Assembly: GCA_964252035.1 (NCBI GenBank)
Contig: OZ176216.1
Source: Podarcis erhardii
Taxonomy: Eukaryota
Strand: one strand, 5' to 3'
Length of the DNA stretch: 64,000 nucleotides
The notes under the pieces were generated by a model that was not told the origin of the DNA, made no database searches, and worked only from the letters and a program-made list of their open reading frames with translations. Position numbers and translations under genes: made by a program. Shown here in pieces: positions 34,668 to 47,640 of this stretch; within the stretch, counting starts at the first letter, position 1, and each line of letters opens with the position of its first letter.

Positions 34668-37253
34668 TTCCCTCTCACTGACTTATAGAGTCATAAGGGA
34701 AGGACCTATCCCTAGGTGCCAGTCTTCCAGCCCCCATCTGTTCCTTTTCTATCCTCTTACTCCTCCTCCATAGTTTGGGGTTGCCAAACTATACCAAATC
34801 CTGATGGACCCAAAGGGCCCATAACAGGTGCCATATGTAATGTAATGTAAGCAACCAGCCAAACAACCAAAGCAGTCCAGTACTTGCTACAGCAAGGGAT
34901 TAGAGATAATTTCCCATACTAATGCAAGGTGCTGTGTTCTGTGGTGAAGGGACTTAAAATACCAGAGAGTCATTGCAGAACTTCTAGAGCAGGAGTAGTC
35001 CAAGTCAAACACTCCAAATGTTGCTGGATGATGCATCCCATCATTCCTGAGAATTGGCCATGCTGGCTGGGACTGCTGAGAGTTGGAGTCCAACAACATC
35101 TGAGGATATCGCAAGGCCTGCCTCTGAGTTAGAGCATATGTATAGGTCATCTAACATGTTCAAAGTTACGTGATCTGAAATCCTATGCATGTGTTCTTGG
35201 ACAATGAGTTGCACTGGATTTACTCCCAACATTGTGGTGTGTAAGATTGCAGCCTTGATTTTTTTAAAAAATAATAAGAAAATGAACTTATATTATGTTT
35301 TAAAAAACTCAGGCCTAGTGTCTTACTTCTGAGTAATGCATAGGACTGCATTTCCCCCCATTTTTAATGAGAACTGAACACCATAAGAAAGGGCCCAGAA
35401 TATTCAGGAAGGTGGGCAAGTCTCTCAATTCCTTCCTTGTCTTCTTCCCCAGCTAACTTATATAGCAGAATTTATTTCAGCTCTATCCAAGAGGCACCTT
35501 TGATAGATTACTTGAGCTCCTTTTTGATACAGAAAGTTGACCTCTCTTTTTTTCTGTCTCATTTTGTTTTTCTGCAGCGATTTCCCATGCAGGTTTTGGG
35601 TGAAATTCCCCACCGCATATCCTTTATTGAAGAGGCAATTTTGAGCAATGAAAAGGTGTTTTGGCATCCTCGGTGCAACACATCTGCTAATGGAAATCCG
35701 GAAGATACTTCTCCATTGTGTTGCCTGAATCCGAACAGGCAAACAATGAACAGGACTGCAAACACCTGATGCCATCAGTGATTTTGTTTTGCCATCAGAA
35801 CATCAACTCAGCGGGGCTTTGTAATCTGTAACTGAATATGCATATATTTCAATATCATCCTCCTCATTCCTGAGAGAGGGGGAGAAGGAGAGAGGAGAGG
35901 GGGAGAGAGTTGGGTGGAGTGGGAGGGAGGAGAAAGAGAGAGAAAGAGAGATAAACTCTCCTTTGCAGGGGAAGAGGCAAGATACATAGAGACAGCTTTC
36001 AGTCTCCACACCTGCACTCTGTGTGACTGACAGAATGGGGACACAATTGCATATGGTAAATGAGTTTGGGTAAGCAGGCAGTGGGGCATGTAAAAGAGGA
36101 GAGAAATTTGCCTTGATGTGGCAATGGGGCTTAAATTTTTGCAGAGGCTGCAAGCCATTTTTGAACCTGATTCTGCCCTCCAGTTGAAAGGTGTTTATGT
36201 GTCTGAGTTGGTGATGGTTTCTCTCTCCCCCCCCCTTTCTTTTCTTTTAAATATGGATTTGGAACCTAAGTTATCTTCCCTGCCTTAAGCCAAGTTACAA
36301 GTTATGCCATAATAAATAATAATAATAATGCTAATAAATACCAAGCCATGCTATAAATACGTGTTCGTTTCCACTTTGCCATGCATATTAGGCATAATGA
36401 GCATTCCCTCTCTCTTTTTTGAACCTTAAAATCCCCTGTTTTACAAGCCTTCATTTCGGCATAATGTGCCCATAAAACACAATGGCAGCACAGTGTGGAG
36501 AGGGCTAAATTAAAAATTAATGGGCCCTGCCACCGCCTGGCAATTGCAGCGCCAGGCAAAGACAGAAGGGCAGAGAGGAAGCTGCCCTCCATGGCAGAGC
36601 AGGATGCAGCCTGCAAACATCTCCCAGCTGCTTCTTGGAGTAGTGCCTTTCTCCCATGCTAACCACTTCTCTATGTTGCAAATACATGCAACTGTCAACT
36701 TTGCATGAATTTTGCATTTTAGCCGACAATCCTTGTTTTCACAAACCTGAGGTAGCTTTCAAGTAGGACCAAGTGAAAATTGTCTCCTATTCACACCATT
36801 TGAGCAAAGAAATGGGAGTGTGGAGGCGGGTGGTAGATACATATTTCTGAATACATAGAAATGTAGGAAGCTGCCTTATATTGAGTCTGGCCAGTCTAGG
36901 ACTTTGAAGGGGCTCCCACTCTATGGCAAAATATTCATGCAAATACATTGAAACCTCAGTTGGACTTAACATTGCTTCAATATTCTGTCAGTATTGGAGA
37001 GAAGAAGCTCATGGAGCTCGCACTATGAGCTCCTGAAGTCACCCTGAACATATTTTGCACCATCATGTGTTAAAAGACCCTGGGAGCCATTTTCAGAAAG
37101 GTGGTATATAAATGCAATGTGATCTATATGAACACTGTTAACTACAGTGGCAAAATAGGAAACAAATGTGAATGCTTTTTGAGTGGCCCTCAAAATATGA
37201 GAATATGTTGTGGAAGAGAGAACCATGAGCTGTATCCAGTTAAGTTCTGCTTA

Positions 37254-37316
37254 GAGTAGACCCACTGAAGTTAATTATCCAAAGTTCACTATGCCCAGTC
37301 ACTTCAATGGGTCTAC
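37254..37316. repeat. Short palindromic interspersed repeat (unclassified)
   Basis: GAGTAGACCCACTGAAGT / ACTTCAATGGGTCTAC inverted arms; same family as 43579-43643. Confidence 0.6.
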
Positions 37317-38364
37317 AATGAATAGGACCAGAATTGGAGAGAGCCCCATATACACCACCTTGAGCTTCTTGAAGGGAAGGTGGTGTAAAAAGGTAATCAA
37401 TAAATGAATAATAAAAATAAATAAGGAGAATTTCAAAACCATCTCTAAGCTAGTCAATATGAAAGGGGAAAGGGGGGCGCTTGATATGGAGCATGCTGTG
37501 AAAGCCCTGTGCCCTTTGTCATGTTACTTATACCCTTGAAATGCAATTCTGATTATCCGAAACCTGTCTGCTAATTAAACCAATGAAATACACTGGGCCT
37601 TTGTTACTCAGCATATGCTTCTTTCTTCACACGAGCAAGAGGCATCTTCATTCCCAAAATGACAGGACATCACACATTTCCAGCTCTCACTTCTCCATAG
37701 GCTGCAGAATCGGCACTCAAGCACAAATGGGGGACTCTTTTATCCAGGGGATATTTAGGGCTAAGCAGAACAAGACTCCAGGCATGAGTCAGTTTAGCTT
37801 GATGGAAAACCTCTAAGGACCCCCCCCCCCCCCGATGCTTCAGGAATTGGACTTCAGCAGCTCAATAGCCGGCTTTCTTTTTTCTGCATCAGTGCGGTAT
37901 CAATAACCCAGCTTGAGGTTGGTAGGAGCTGCAAGGTGCCATCATTTTCAGATGAGTCATGAAACAATGTCTGTGCAGTCATTCAAATCCCAGGTGTTCA
38001 GGACAGCTTCCAGCTTTGGGGCATCTGCATTCTGCCTCCCTATATTGTCCTGGTAGTTCCTTGCCAGGGAAAAGGGATGAGGGAGTGATGGGGGGGACAG
38101 ACAAATGTTTATTGGTGCTCAATGCACCCAAAGAAAACTAGCCATTTATAGAGTGGTGAAATGAGTGGCGAAATAACACGGAATTCAAATCAATAGTCAG
38201 ATAAGAATAATCACACATTACAATATCTGGAAATGTTGGGGAAGGGTTGCTTTGTTAGTTTACATTTTCTGATTTCGGCATTTAGAGACCATGCACACAT
38301 TTTTGACACTGCCTGATTCAGGTTTTGGGTTCTTCATTTTTTCCTCTGCAACATCCAAAGCTAT

Positions 38365-38415
38365 GCGCCATAGCTCAGTGGTAAGAGCATCTGCTATGCA
38401 GGTAGAAGGGCAGAT
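38365..38415 (+). mobile_element. tRNA-derived SINE head fragment
   Basis: CCATAGCTCAGTGGTAAGAGCATCTGCTATGCAGG; no complete cloverleaf. Confidence 0.6.
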
Positions 38416-39430
38416 GCAGCCAGTGGGAGAAAAGGACAGATCTTTGAATCTGGGATCTTCTGCTGTCTCTTCAGCTGCACACTCAAGGCAGCTTATTCCA
38501 GTTACCCAACATTTCTCTGGTAATTTCTGCATTATATTTGAGCTTTCACATGACATAAAAGCCACTTCTGGAACTCTATAGGGAAATATAGCACATGTCT
38601 GGCACCCATTTTCCATGTTATTTGATTCCAGAAACAATCTGTTTGCAGTCCCCTTAACCTAGAAAATGAGTAAAGTGATTAAATTTAGGGTGGTATACCA
38701 GCTTACAATTCTTTCCTGCTGTTTTAATGTGGGAATCACCGGGGAACAGAAACAAGCATGTGTGGAAAGGGTGACATTGTTGAAGATGTCCACTGTTGTT
38801 AATGTAATTTAGCTCAATATGCCATTATATAGGTCAAAAAGCTGAAATTGCATAAGAAAACAGGTACTGCAGTGCAGAAGGAACATTAAGAAAATGGGAG
38901 AAAAGTGCTAGCAATATCACCAGAAAAAGTAGCACAATATCCTCCACATCTGAATGTGCCCTTAGTCATCCTGCTGTTGGTGTATGGGGAAAAGAAATGA
39001 GGCAGGAGCCTTCTGGAGACAGATACTTTCTTGTTAAACCTAGCTGTGTGTTTTTCAAAGATTGTTTCAAATAGCATGAGAAAAATGTAGAAAAGAAGGC
39101 CATTCCAGCAGGTATCTATCTGCTTATGTTACCATCTATGCATAGGTAAGAAGCACAACATGAAGGCAACTGACTCTCTCACATGAAAGGATTTTGCCTG
39201 AAACTACTCTGCACTTCAAAACTTCTTCCTAATTGCCACATTAGACTATGTAGAAGAAGCAGCTTCAGAGGAACACACCGCATAAAAAGTACAGTCAAAA
39301 GAAGATCAAGATTGCAGCCTTGCTGTATACACATGCCATAAACATATGTATTCAACATCCTGATAAACTCCACACACCTGTGTAACTAGCAGACAAGTAA
39401 CCCAGGCCTCTGAAACAGAGCAAGATGCTG

Positions 39431-39470
<40 letters not shown>
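39431..39470. repeat. (ATT)n microsatellite
   Basis: Direct inspection. Confidence 0.97.
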
Positions 39471-39471
<1 letters not shown>

Positions 39472-39480
39472 AGTGCCTGA

Positions 39481-39630
39481 TATTTATTTAATTCATTGCA
39501 TTTCTACTCCACCTTTTTCTCCATGGAGCTCAAGGTGGTGAACATGTTTCTGCCCCCTCCTCATTTAATCCCTACAACAGCAACCCTGTGTTAGGTTTGG
39601 CTGAGAGGCAGTGAGAGGTCCAAGGTGAGT
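39481..39630 (-). mobile_element. MIR-like CORE-SINE
   Basis: GAGCTCAAGGTGG..CTCATTTAATCCCTACAACAGCAACCCTGTG..GGCTGAGAGGCAGTGA..CCAAGGT. Confidence 0.7.
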
Positions 39631-39941
39631 CCACATTTTTATGCACAGTTTTTTTTATGCATTTTTATGCACAGTTACCTAATCCACCACCTTAGCCCCT
39701 CAGGCTAACCCACGTTTCACAGCATCATTATCCTTCAGATATCATACTCCACCCCCACCCCACCCCCATGAAACAAAATACTCCATCTCATGCATTACCC
39801 ACCTTTAAAAAGAAAGTCATAGATGTCTGCTACCCAAGATTGCTGATTAACCACATTAAAAAGAAACACAGAACCTCACTTGAGCAACTGTGACTTAATA
39901 TGATTCCAGTATTACTCATGTGTTGCGCTATATACTATATA

Positions 39942-40107
39942 CCGTGTTTTTCCGTGTATAAGACTATCCCTATTTTTTGAGCCCAAAATTATGAAATAAA
40001 TACTTTAAACACCAAGCAGAACAACTTTGATGATTTATTAAATATTCAAAACACCTGTATATTTAGTACCGTATATTTAAACACTGTCTTATACATGTAA
40101 AATATGG
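39942..40107. mobile_element. Tc1/mariner-type MITE
   Basis: TIR CCGTGTTTTTCCGTGTATAAGAC / GTCTTATACATGTAAAATATGG; TA on both sides. Confidence 0.75.
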
Positions 40108-42210
40108 TATATAGTACTGGGTTATCTTGAAGTGGGCCCTTTAGCATGGCTAATATATCATACTGAGATATGAAACGAGGAAGAGAAAAAAGACCATTTG
40201 ACTTAGAGGACCAATCACTGATCATGAATAATGAACACAAAGCAGTTGGAGGCACACTTAAAAGCGGTAATCCTTGATCAACCCAGGGGTTGAACTGAGT
40301 ATGAATAAAGAACACCTGGAGTGACTTCAAATCAAGAACTTTAAAAAAATATATCAGAAATATGTCTGTGGCTCAGCTGCAAGGAGAGGAGGTCAAGGTT
40401 CATCTAATAAATTATTTCCTGCAAATGCTTAGCCCAACTCTAGCTGTGAAAAGCACTTTTTAAAAAAGTGGGATGTGAACAGAATTGTCTATCAGGAATA
40501 GAATACATACTTCACAGAAAAGAACTGGCTGCATCTCTTGAAAAGGTTTCCTTGAAAATCTGATTATATGTCAGCATGAGAGAGGGGAGAAAATATCATG
40601 GGCTCAAGAAAAGGAAGGTTAGAAAAGGAAATTGTCTAGAACAGAACAAGGAAAAATATGCCCCTCCATTATTCTGTTCTACTCAGACTTGCTGGAGAAA
40701 TAACAGTAATTACGATAGTGTTGGCTATGCCAGGCAATTCAGGACCCTGGACAGCTCACCATAGTGGTGGAAGATATTATCTCAACCAGGAGTCAGAGTC
40801 ATCTGAGAGCTTGAGAAAGCTCTTCCCTTCCCATGGCTCCACCCACTTCAAGCACTTTTTAAAAGGCCCAAAGACTTGTCTGAATTCACATGCTATTCTG
40901 TGGGTGTGGAGCAGGAGAGGCTGCAAGGCAGTCATCTTCAGGCTCTGAAGATGATGACTGAACTACATCAGGGTGGTATAAAAGAGGGTGCCAAAGGACT
41001 CTCCTTGAGTGGGGTGACTTGTGCATAGTCTGAATCCTGCTGGAACCCTGAGGAGACATGGCATCCATTCATTGCTGGACTCCAATTTCCATCAGATCTA
41101 GCCAATGTGGCCAATGGTAAGGAATGGTGTGAGTTGCAACATCTGGAGAGCAAGCATCTGATTCTCCATCACTGGTATCTAGAGGAATGTGGCAAAGAAG
41201 GCCAGATAGAAGAATCTGAGATGGGAAGGAGAATGTGAAGAAAAGTTGGTGAAGTATCTGGGGGGCTGAAGAATAAGGTGACGCTATGTTCTAATTCACA
41301 GAGGACAGTCCTCTTTTTGAAGCTTTCTCAGGTCCAAGTCTGGCTTAAAGCTTAGGAACCTTAAGGAAGGAGGGAAGGACTCTTGAAGTTGTTCATCAGC
41401 ACCTAATAGCACTTGGACAACAAAATGAACAGGAACACAGGTTGCCTGGCCCCAGCCTTCCCCACGGTGGAGAGATGCATTTTTATAGTATTATAAAATT
41501 ATGTATTATTGTAATTATTACTAAATTTGCACCTCTCCATGTAAATTACCATCTACAAATCTCTGTCATCTTCCATTCTCTTTTTCCTTTGCTATCTTCT
41601 TTTTTCAGTTGGTATGTGGTAGGGTGAGATTGTCATATTGCTTTGAAATAACCAGATAAATATTTTGCTTCAAGTCCCTGGGACCTCTGCAAAGTCACAA
41701 TGATGGGCACGACATTGTTATTGCCTAAGATCCCCTTATCCAGAGCTACATAGCTGCACTTCTGCTGGAAATCCAAGCACATCATTGTGAGCATGATGTT
41801 AAGGCTGGATTCCACTACTGTCAGCCAGGAGGATAGAATGTGCAGCTTAGCATTGCTAACATGCCCACTGCTGTCTGCTGTGTGGAGCGAATGGTCACCT
41901 AGGAAACCATTATTGGGATCTGCTGGTGTCCAGGGACATTGTTGGAAAGTGTGCAAGCGTAGCAATTTACTAGGAGGCCTCCACAGCTTGTGTCCTTGGG
42001 AGAACCTGCTGGAGAGCTAACAGTTTCCATAGAAACCTGATGGAAAAGCCTTCCTGCCAGTTTCCTCTCAGCTGTTCCTCTTCCAAGTGCAAAGAAAAAG
42101 GTCCAGAGATGGCAAATGGAGAGACAATTGATACAAAGAGCAGCTGCTGGCTTCTGCCTCTGGCATCATCAACTGAAACAGCAAAGAGAGGTAACGTGGG
42201 TATTTCCTCA

Positions 42211-42345
42211 GTAAGAACATAGGAGCCTTGTACTGATTCAAGCCATTAGCTTCAGACAGGGGGCATTCCCAGCCCTACTTGGAGATGCCAGGGGTTGAAT
42301 TTAGGACCCTCTGCATACAAAGAGATGCTCTATCACTGAGCTATG
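42211..42345 (-). mobile_element. tRNA-derived squamate SINE
   Basis: ..GGAGATGCCAGGGGTTGAA..GCATACAAAGAGATGCTCTATCACTGAGCTATG is a reverse A/B-box head. Confidence 0.7.
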
Positions 42346-43578
42346 TGTGGGCTAACCAGCCTCATGTAACAAACATGCTTAAGTTTAATTAATGCATGAA
42401 GGGGTTGAAACCATGGACTAAGCTGCCATCCCATGCTTGGCTATGTAACTTACCTTGGGAGGAAAAAGGTAATCAAGCCTTTGTTTTTCATCCAGTCTAC
42501 CTGTGAACTCATTGTATGAAGAGGTCTGAGTTGGTTCCTCCAACTCAGCCACATGGCTCTCACTAGCCTCCCTTGTGTTCCTATACCAATAGTTTAGGAA
42601 CTTTTAACCACATTGTAATTAAGCTACATTTTACTGCCTGTGCAACTTTTCTGATTGCTGTATGGAAATGCACATGAATCTGACCTTTGGAAAGCTTGTA
42701 AGTAAACCATTTATATACTGTAATTACCAAATGTGTAGTCTTTTCCGATGCCGGGGGAAAAGAGAAAATTTGGAAGGAACTTTTAAAGGAGTCAATTTTG
42801 GGACTCACTTGGAATGACATGTCTTAAAGTTTTTACTGCCTGTATTTCCATGCTTTACTTAGCTGCATATTTTGTGATTTTAAATCTCTGCTTGGGTTCT
42901 CTCACCAAAGAGTACTCAAACTTGGATCTTGGCATCCAGGAATTCTCTTTCTTATAAACATATTTTTGAACCATGGCCCTCCCATGGCCCCAATTAGCCA
43001 ACCAGATGTTGGAGGAAGGTGCTATATCCTTTCACAGTGACCCATACATTGATATGAAAAATATGAGTCAAAGACCTTGGGTGGTCCCAGAGAAGTTATG
43101 TGTGTGGGCAGTCAGGGACTGTATCACAATATAGGACCAAAGTAGTTCTTGGAACATGTTGCCTCCCGGGGAGCTGTCAGTGATCCTGTTAGTCTTGAAA
43201 ACTGGCTAATTTCTTGCCTTTCCTTTACATTACCAGCTGCAGCCAGAGTATGTGGCTTCTATTCACCCACCAGTTTGCCTGAATGTGGCTCTACCTTGTC
43301 CTGAAAGCTCTGCTTTGCCCTGTGAAAAACAAAACAAAAAAAACCTGATCAGCTAAAACTGGACCACTTAAGACAAATGGAAAACTAGCATTTAAATTGT
43401 GAACACTTTCTATTCCCTTGATACCTTAAAAGATCGGAAGGGTCTGCTGGTACAAAGCCTATCATGAATAAGGGGCAGGGGAACCTTAATCTTTCAAATG
43501 TTGTTGAAATACAACTCCTATCATTCCTGACAATTGGCCATGCTGGTGGGATTTGGATGCATCTGGAAGGCCTACTCA

Positions 43579-43643
43579 GAGTAGACCCATTGAAGTTAAT
43601 AAGCACAACCAGCTTTGCTTCATTAACCTCAGTGTCTCTACTC
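43579..43643. repeat. Short palindromic interspersed repeat (unclassified)
   Basis: 22-bp imperfect inverted arms GAGTAGACCCATTGAAGTTAAT (43579-43600) and ATTAACCTCAGTGTCTCTACTC (43622-43643). Confidence 0.65.
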
Positions 43644-44994
43644 TGAATAAGACTCCATTGAATGCAACCCATGAGCTTCAGGTTCTTAAGAACAGTTTTG
43701 TGGAGAAAGGAAAAGAGCTTCTCTCCAATGATTCACACTTCTCAGATGGATTCCTAAAGTAATTCTTCTGAAGTCACTCAACTGACACAGGGGATATATT
43801 TGGCCCTAGGACGCTACAACCAACTCTATTTATTAATAAGAGGGAAGGAAAACAAACCGTCTACATTGATGAGTTATGCCTGCAACACCCCCTCCTCCTC
43901 CCCAGAATTCATTTTGCTGGTGCCACCGCTGATATATCGGTTGGATTAGGCAGGAGGTGTTCTGCGTTCTCACTATAAATTCCATCCCTCGGCTGCTTTC
44001 CCAGGGGAAAAGGTGGGGGAAGAATAACATTTGGAAGGTTCATGCTTTAGAACAGAGGTGCAGAGTCAAAAGTGTAAAAACGAAGAGATGGAAACTGAGT
44101 GAACAAATAAAAACGTCATCACATGACCAGAGCTGGCTCCAGAATGATCCCAAACTGACTCCTGGTGGGTTTACTTTATGTAATGTGTGCATGAGACACA
44201 CTGTTTGTAGAACCCTTCTGAGTGGCTGCTATCTCAAGAGCTGGAAGAAATCTCTTACATCAGTTTAGAAAATGATCACATATATTATTCCAATCTCTGA
44301 GTGCTGAGAGATTCCAGGAGTTCCAAAGGCTATACTCAGGGTCCTGTTTAGTTAGACTGAAGGACAGTGGAGACTGTGGTGTTTTTAGGATTTGTGGTTT
44401 TATTTTTACATACATGAAACCTGAGCAAAAGATGAAGGGATGCACAGTATTAACACCCTGACAGTTCTTGGTTCTCTGTTAGGTTTCCAGGGGAGCCCCA
44501 AAGTCCAACCAAGAACAAGGCATGCCTGTGTCTCCAGCTTCCAGTCTTCTTCCAGTTCACTGATACACAACTTTACCTATTGTTCCCCTAAGTAGAAGCT
44601 AGGTCTGGAGGTTGGGGGAAAGGCCAACTCATTTTTCTCTAGGGCAACAGAACTACTTTGACTGTGCTAAATTGTGGTACTTAACCAGTCAGCCAAAGCC
44701 ATTACCTTGACAAAGGAATTGGTTTGGCAAACTTCCTCTTGTACAGTCTACCCTCACAGATACAGGATCACATGTCTGGTGTTGGAACCAGGGTTGCAAT
44801 CTGAACTGGTCCCCCAAAAACTCAGAATAATATCATTTGGCTCCTGTTATGGGTATGCATACGAGTTGTAAGCCTGATTGTAACATCAAGGGCAAGTGAG
44901 TGCATTATTGCAAAAATGGCTTCATGGGCCAAATGGGGAGACCTGGCGGGCTTTAATGAGCCCATGGAATGGAGGCTCCTAACTAGTGTCTTAA

Positions 44995-45178
44995 TGGAGT
45001 ATTAGACCATCAACCCTCATAATGTCTGCCCCAACTGGCAGCCGCTCTCTATGGTCTTGGGTAAAGGCATTTCTTAGCCTTGCTCTATTAAATCCTTTTT
45101 ATCTGAAAATATCAATGAGTGAACCTGGGACCTTGTGTTTGCAATGGCTATGCTCTACCATTGAGCTTTATCCCTTCA
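44995..45178 (-). mobile_element. tRNA-derived squamate SINE, decayed
   Basis: TGAACCTGGGACCTT..GCTCTACCATTGAGCT..CCCTT is a reverse tRNA head. Confidence 0.6.
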
Positions 45179-45801
45179 CATCCAGCCTCATATGTGAAAG
45201 TAAAGTCGAGATCTTGAGAACCAAATAAATTGGATGAAAGCAAACTTTGATGAAAATATTCATTTGAAACTGACCTACAAAAGAGGTGGCATGAGCCCCT
45301 CTTATTCTTTTTTTCTTGTTGAGGCCTCGTGCCAACAAAGAAAATTATCATCTGGTAACAAGCATGGCCTGGTTGAGTCTCCTGCTGCAGTTTTAAATGA
45401 ACTTTGTGAGCTGGAGGGAAGTTTTCATCTAACTGTTCTGTTCCCTGTTGTATCATCCACTAGCAGACTGGAAAAGACAGGCCGTAGGTGAGATCTGATG
45501 TCCTATATTATGCACACAACCTCAAAGGTTCCAGCAGGAGGTTCCTCTTGGAAAGCATTTGCTTCCTGCATCCTCCCTTGCTTAGCCCAGAGGGTTAAAA
45601 CATGAGATTTGACTGCTTGGCACCCAGTAAAAAGCCTGCAGCTTCCTGCTTCTTTGACTTTTGAAGCATCAATGCATTTTTCACAGGGATGTCTGATCAT
45701 GAAAGATTTTCCCGAGTTCGTTTTCTCGCTTCTCAGGACGTTTGCTAAAGAAGCAGCAAGCAAATGACAAAAACTGTGGAAATTGCACATATATTATAGA
45801 C

Positions 45802-45915
45802 CAGGAGTAGCCAACATGGTGCCCCCCATATGTTTTGCACTACAACTCCCATCGTTCCTGAGCACTGGACGTACTGGCTGATGGGAGATGGAGGACAACA
45901 TGTTGGCTACTCTTG
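45802..45915. mobile_element. hAT-type MITE
   Basis: TIR CAGGAGTAGCCAACATG / CATGTTGGCTACTCTTG; 8-bp TSD TTATAGAC / TTGTAGAC with one mismatch. Confidence 0.85.
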
Positions 45916-46399
45916 TTGTAGACCACGTTATCCCTGATATTTCTACTTTAAAGGCAAATTTGGAGCATCTTCTCCAAGGAAAAAATCTGAAGAGTTTTCA
46001 GGAAAAAGAAAATGAGGTTCAGTGGACTAGAGAAATGTATTTATTCATACTTTCAACATGCCCCCCTCCACTTCTTAGCTAAAAAATAAAAAGGCTCCCA
46101 CAGTGGCTTACAGTGGTCAGTAATAAGACAGTTCTTGTTTTCAGACTCACAATCTAAAATACATAAGACAAAATGAAGAGCAGGCACGCCGAGTTGGGCC
46201 CAACATTGGGGGGGAGGGGCCTGTCGTGTGTGCATGACATCACACACATGACAACCCCCCCCCCCAAATTGAGCCATGCCTGCTGGGATGTGCAGCTGTC
46301 CCTTTGAGGATTTCCAGAGCGCCTTCTTAGAAGGTGCTCTGGTGATTGTGTCAGGGGGCACGGACTGTGAAAATCACCCTCTGCACCTCCCACCCACGA

Positions 46400-46525
46400 C
46401 TGGCACACTGGTGCTTGCTGGGGTGGCAGGGTACGACAGCCCCCTCAATATTGGGGGGTCAGCATCCTGTTTCGAAATATTGAGGGGGCTGAAGCACCTT
46501 CCACCCCCTATAACCTGGTGCCCTG
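46400..46525. mobile_element. Probable MITE with a perfect 16-bp internal inverted repeat
   Basis: CAGCCCCCTCAATATT (46437-46452) / AATATTGAGGGGGCTG (46476-46491); outer boundaries uncertain. Confidence 0.5.
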
Positions 46526-47125
46526 ATGGAGAGGGATTGATAGGAAGAAGGAAAAAGCAAGCTCTGGTAATATTTCTTAGTTACAGAACCAGCTGGAATG
46601 GAAAGGGTTGAAGGAAAGGAGGAGACAAAAGTTGCTGGTTTCGTGGTTAAGGAGATTGAGAGGTCTTGCAGCTCCATTTTTCCTCTGCTATATCTTGAAG
46701 AGATGGCTGGTGTAGGTGACAGCTAAGAGAGTTTGGCACATCCCTAGATTGTTTCTCAGTTGTATTCCCAGAGTGACCCTCAAAGCAAATCTGGAAGTGA
46801 AACATCTCAAGTAAAACATGTCAGGAATGTCAAAGAAGGGACTATAGCACATGGATATTTGGTGAATGTTTATCTCTGTATTTCCCTATAAGGACACTGT
46901 GACATCCTCAGTTACTAGAAATACCTTGTTTATTGAGATCACTTTGAGAAACAAACCAACCTCAAATATGTCCTTCCTTTGTAACAGAAAGTAAAATCTT
47001 CCTACGAGAAATGTCCTTACCTGAAATCTTCCATAAATATCCAGGGCAGGTCTTTCTGTTGCAGGCAGCGAAGCATAGAAATTTATTTTGGGTTGTTTCA
47101 TGTGTTTGCCCCCTACTCCCCCAGT

Positions 47126-47640
47126 TGTGGAGTTTTCCTATAAACAAGCAGTTTCAGCAAGCACAGAATAATTAAACAGTAATTCCTCTGACGAGCCACA
47201 GGGTGGCAGTGCAGTGGCAATTGCGCCCACACCCCAGAATAAAGAAATGAGACACTTATTATTGGGTTGTTGAATGCAACAACTTTATTAACTGTTATGT
47301 GCATAACAGAGATCTGCAAAATATCTTATGACTGTGTTGAGCAACATAATAATGCAGCAGTTACCTATGTAGCAATCCCTGCTTGGGTTTAGGACAAACC
47401 ATGCCTGGCCTTTTGTAGGAAAGAGTATTGAGTTTACCACCTCCTCATCTAGCCACACCTTTTTAGGTGCATAAGGCCAGAGTCAGACGCCTACCCCACA
47501 CTACAGTTCTAGTGCCATGTCACATTAAGGAGAACTCAGATGATGCACAAGTCACCCAACCTGGGAAAGGGGGAGGCCTCCCTTGTAAATGTTTCTGGCC
47601 TGAGGGTGTGGGTCTCCCATGATTCTGAGACTCTGGGGAT
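47126..47640 (-). mobile_element. Possible decayed LTR related to 13790-14679
   Basis: CACCCCAG..AATAAAGA..GACAC..TTATT..GG..CAACTTTATT arrangement parallels 13950-14022; ends and TSD not found. Confidence 0.35.

Noticed and set aside
38260-38637. 125-aa ORF and a possible tRNA gene at about 38365
   Set aside because: The ORF overlaps a decayed tRNA-derived SINE head; there is no T-arm/acceptor stem, so it is not a tRNA, and the peptide is unrecognisable
44464-44516. 10-bp inverted repeat GTTCTTGGTT/AACCAAGAAC as a pre-miRNA
   Set aside because: The stem is too short and the interior pairs poorly; expected by chance in 64 kb
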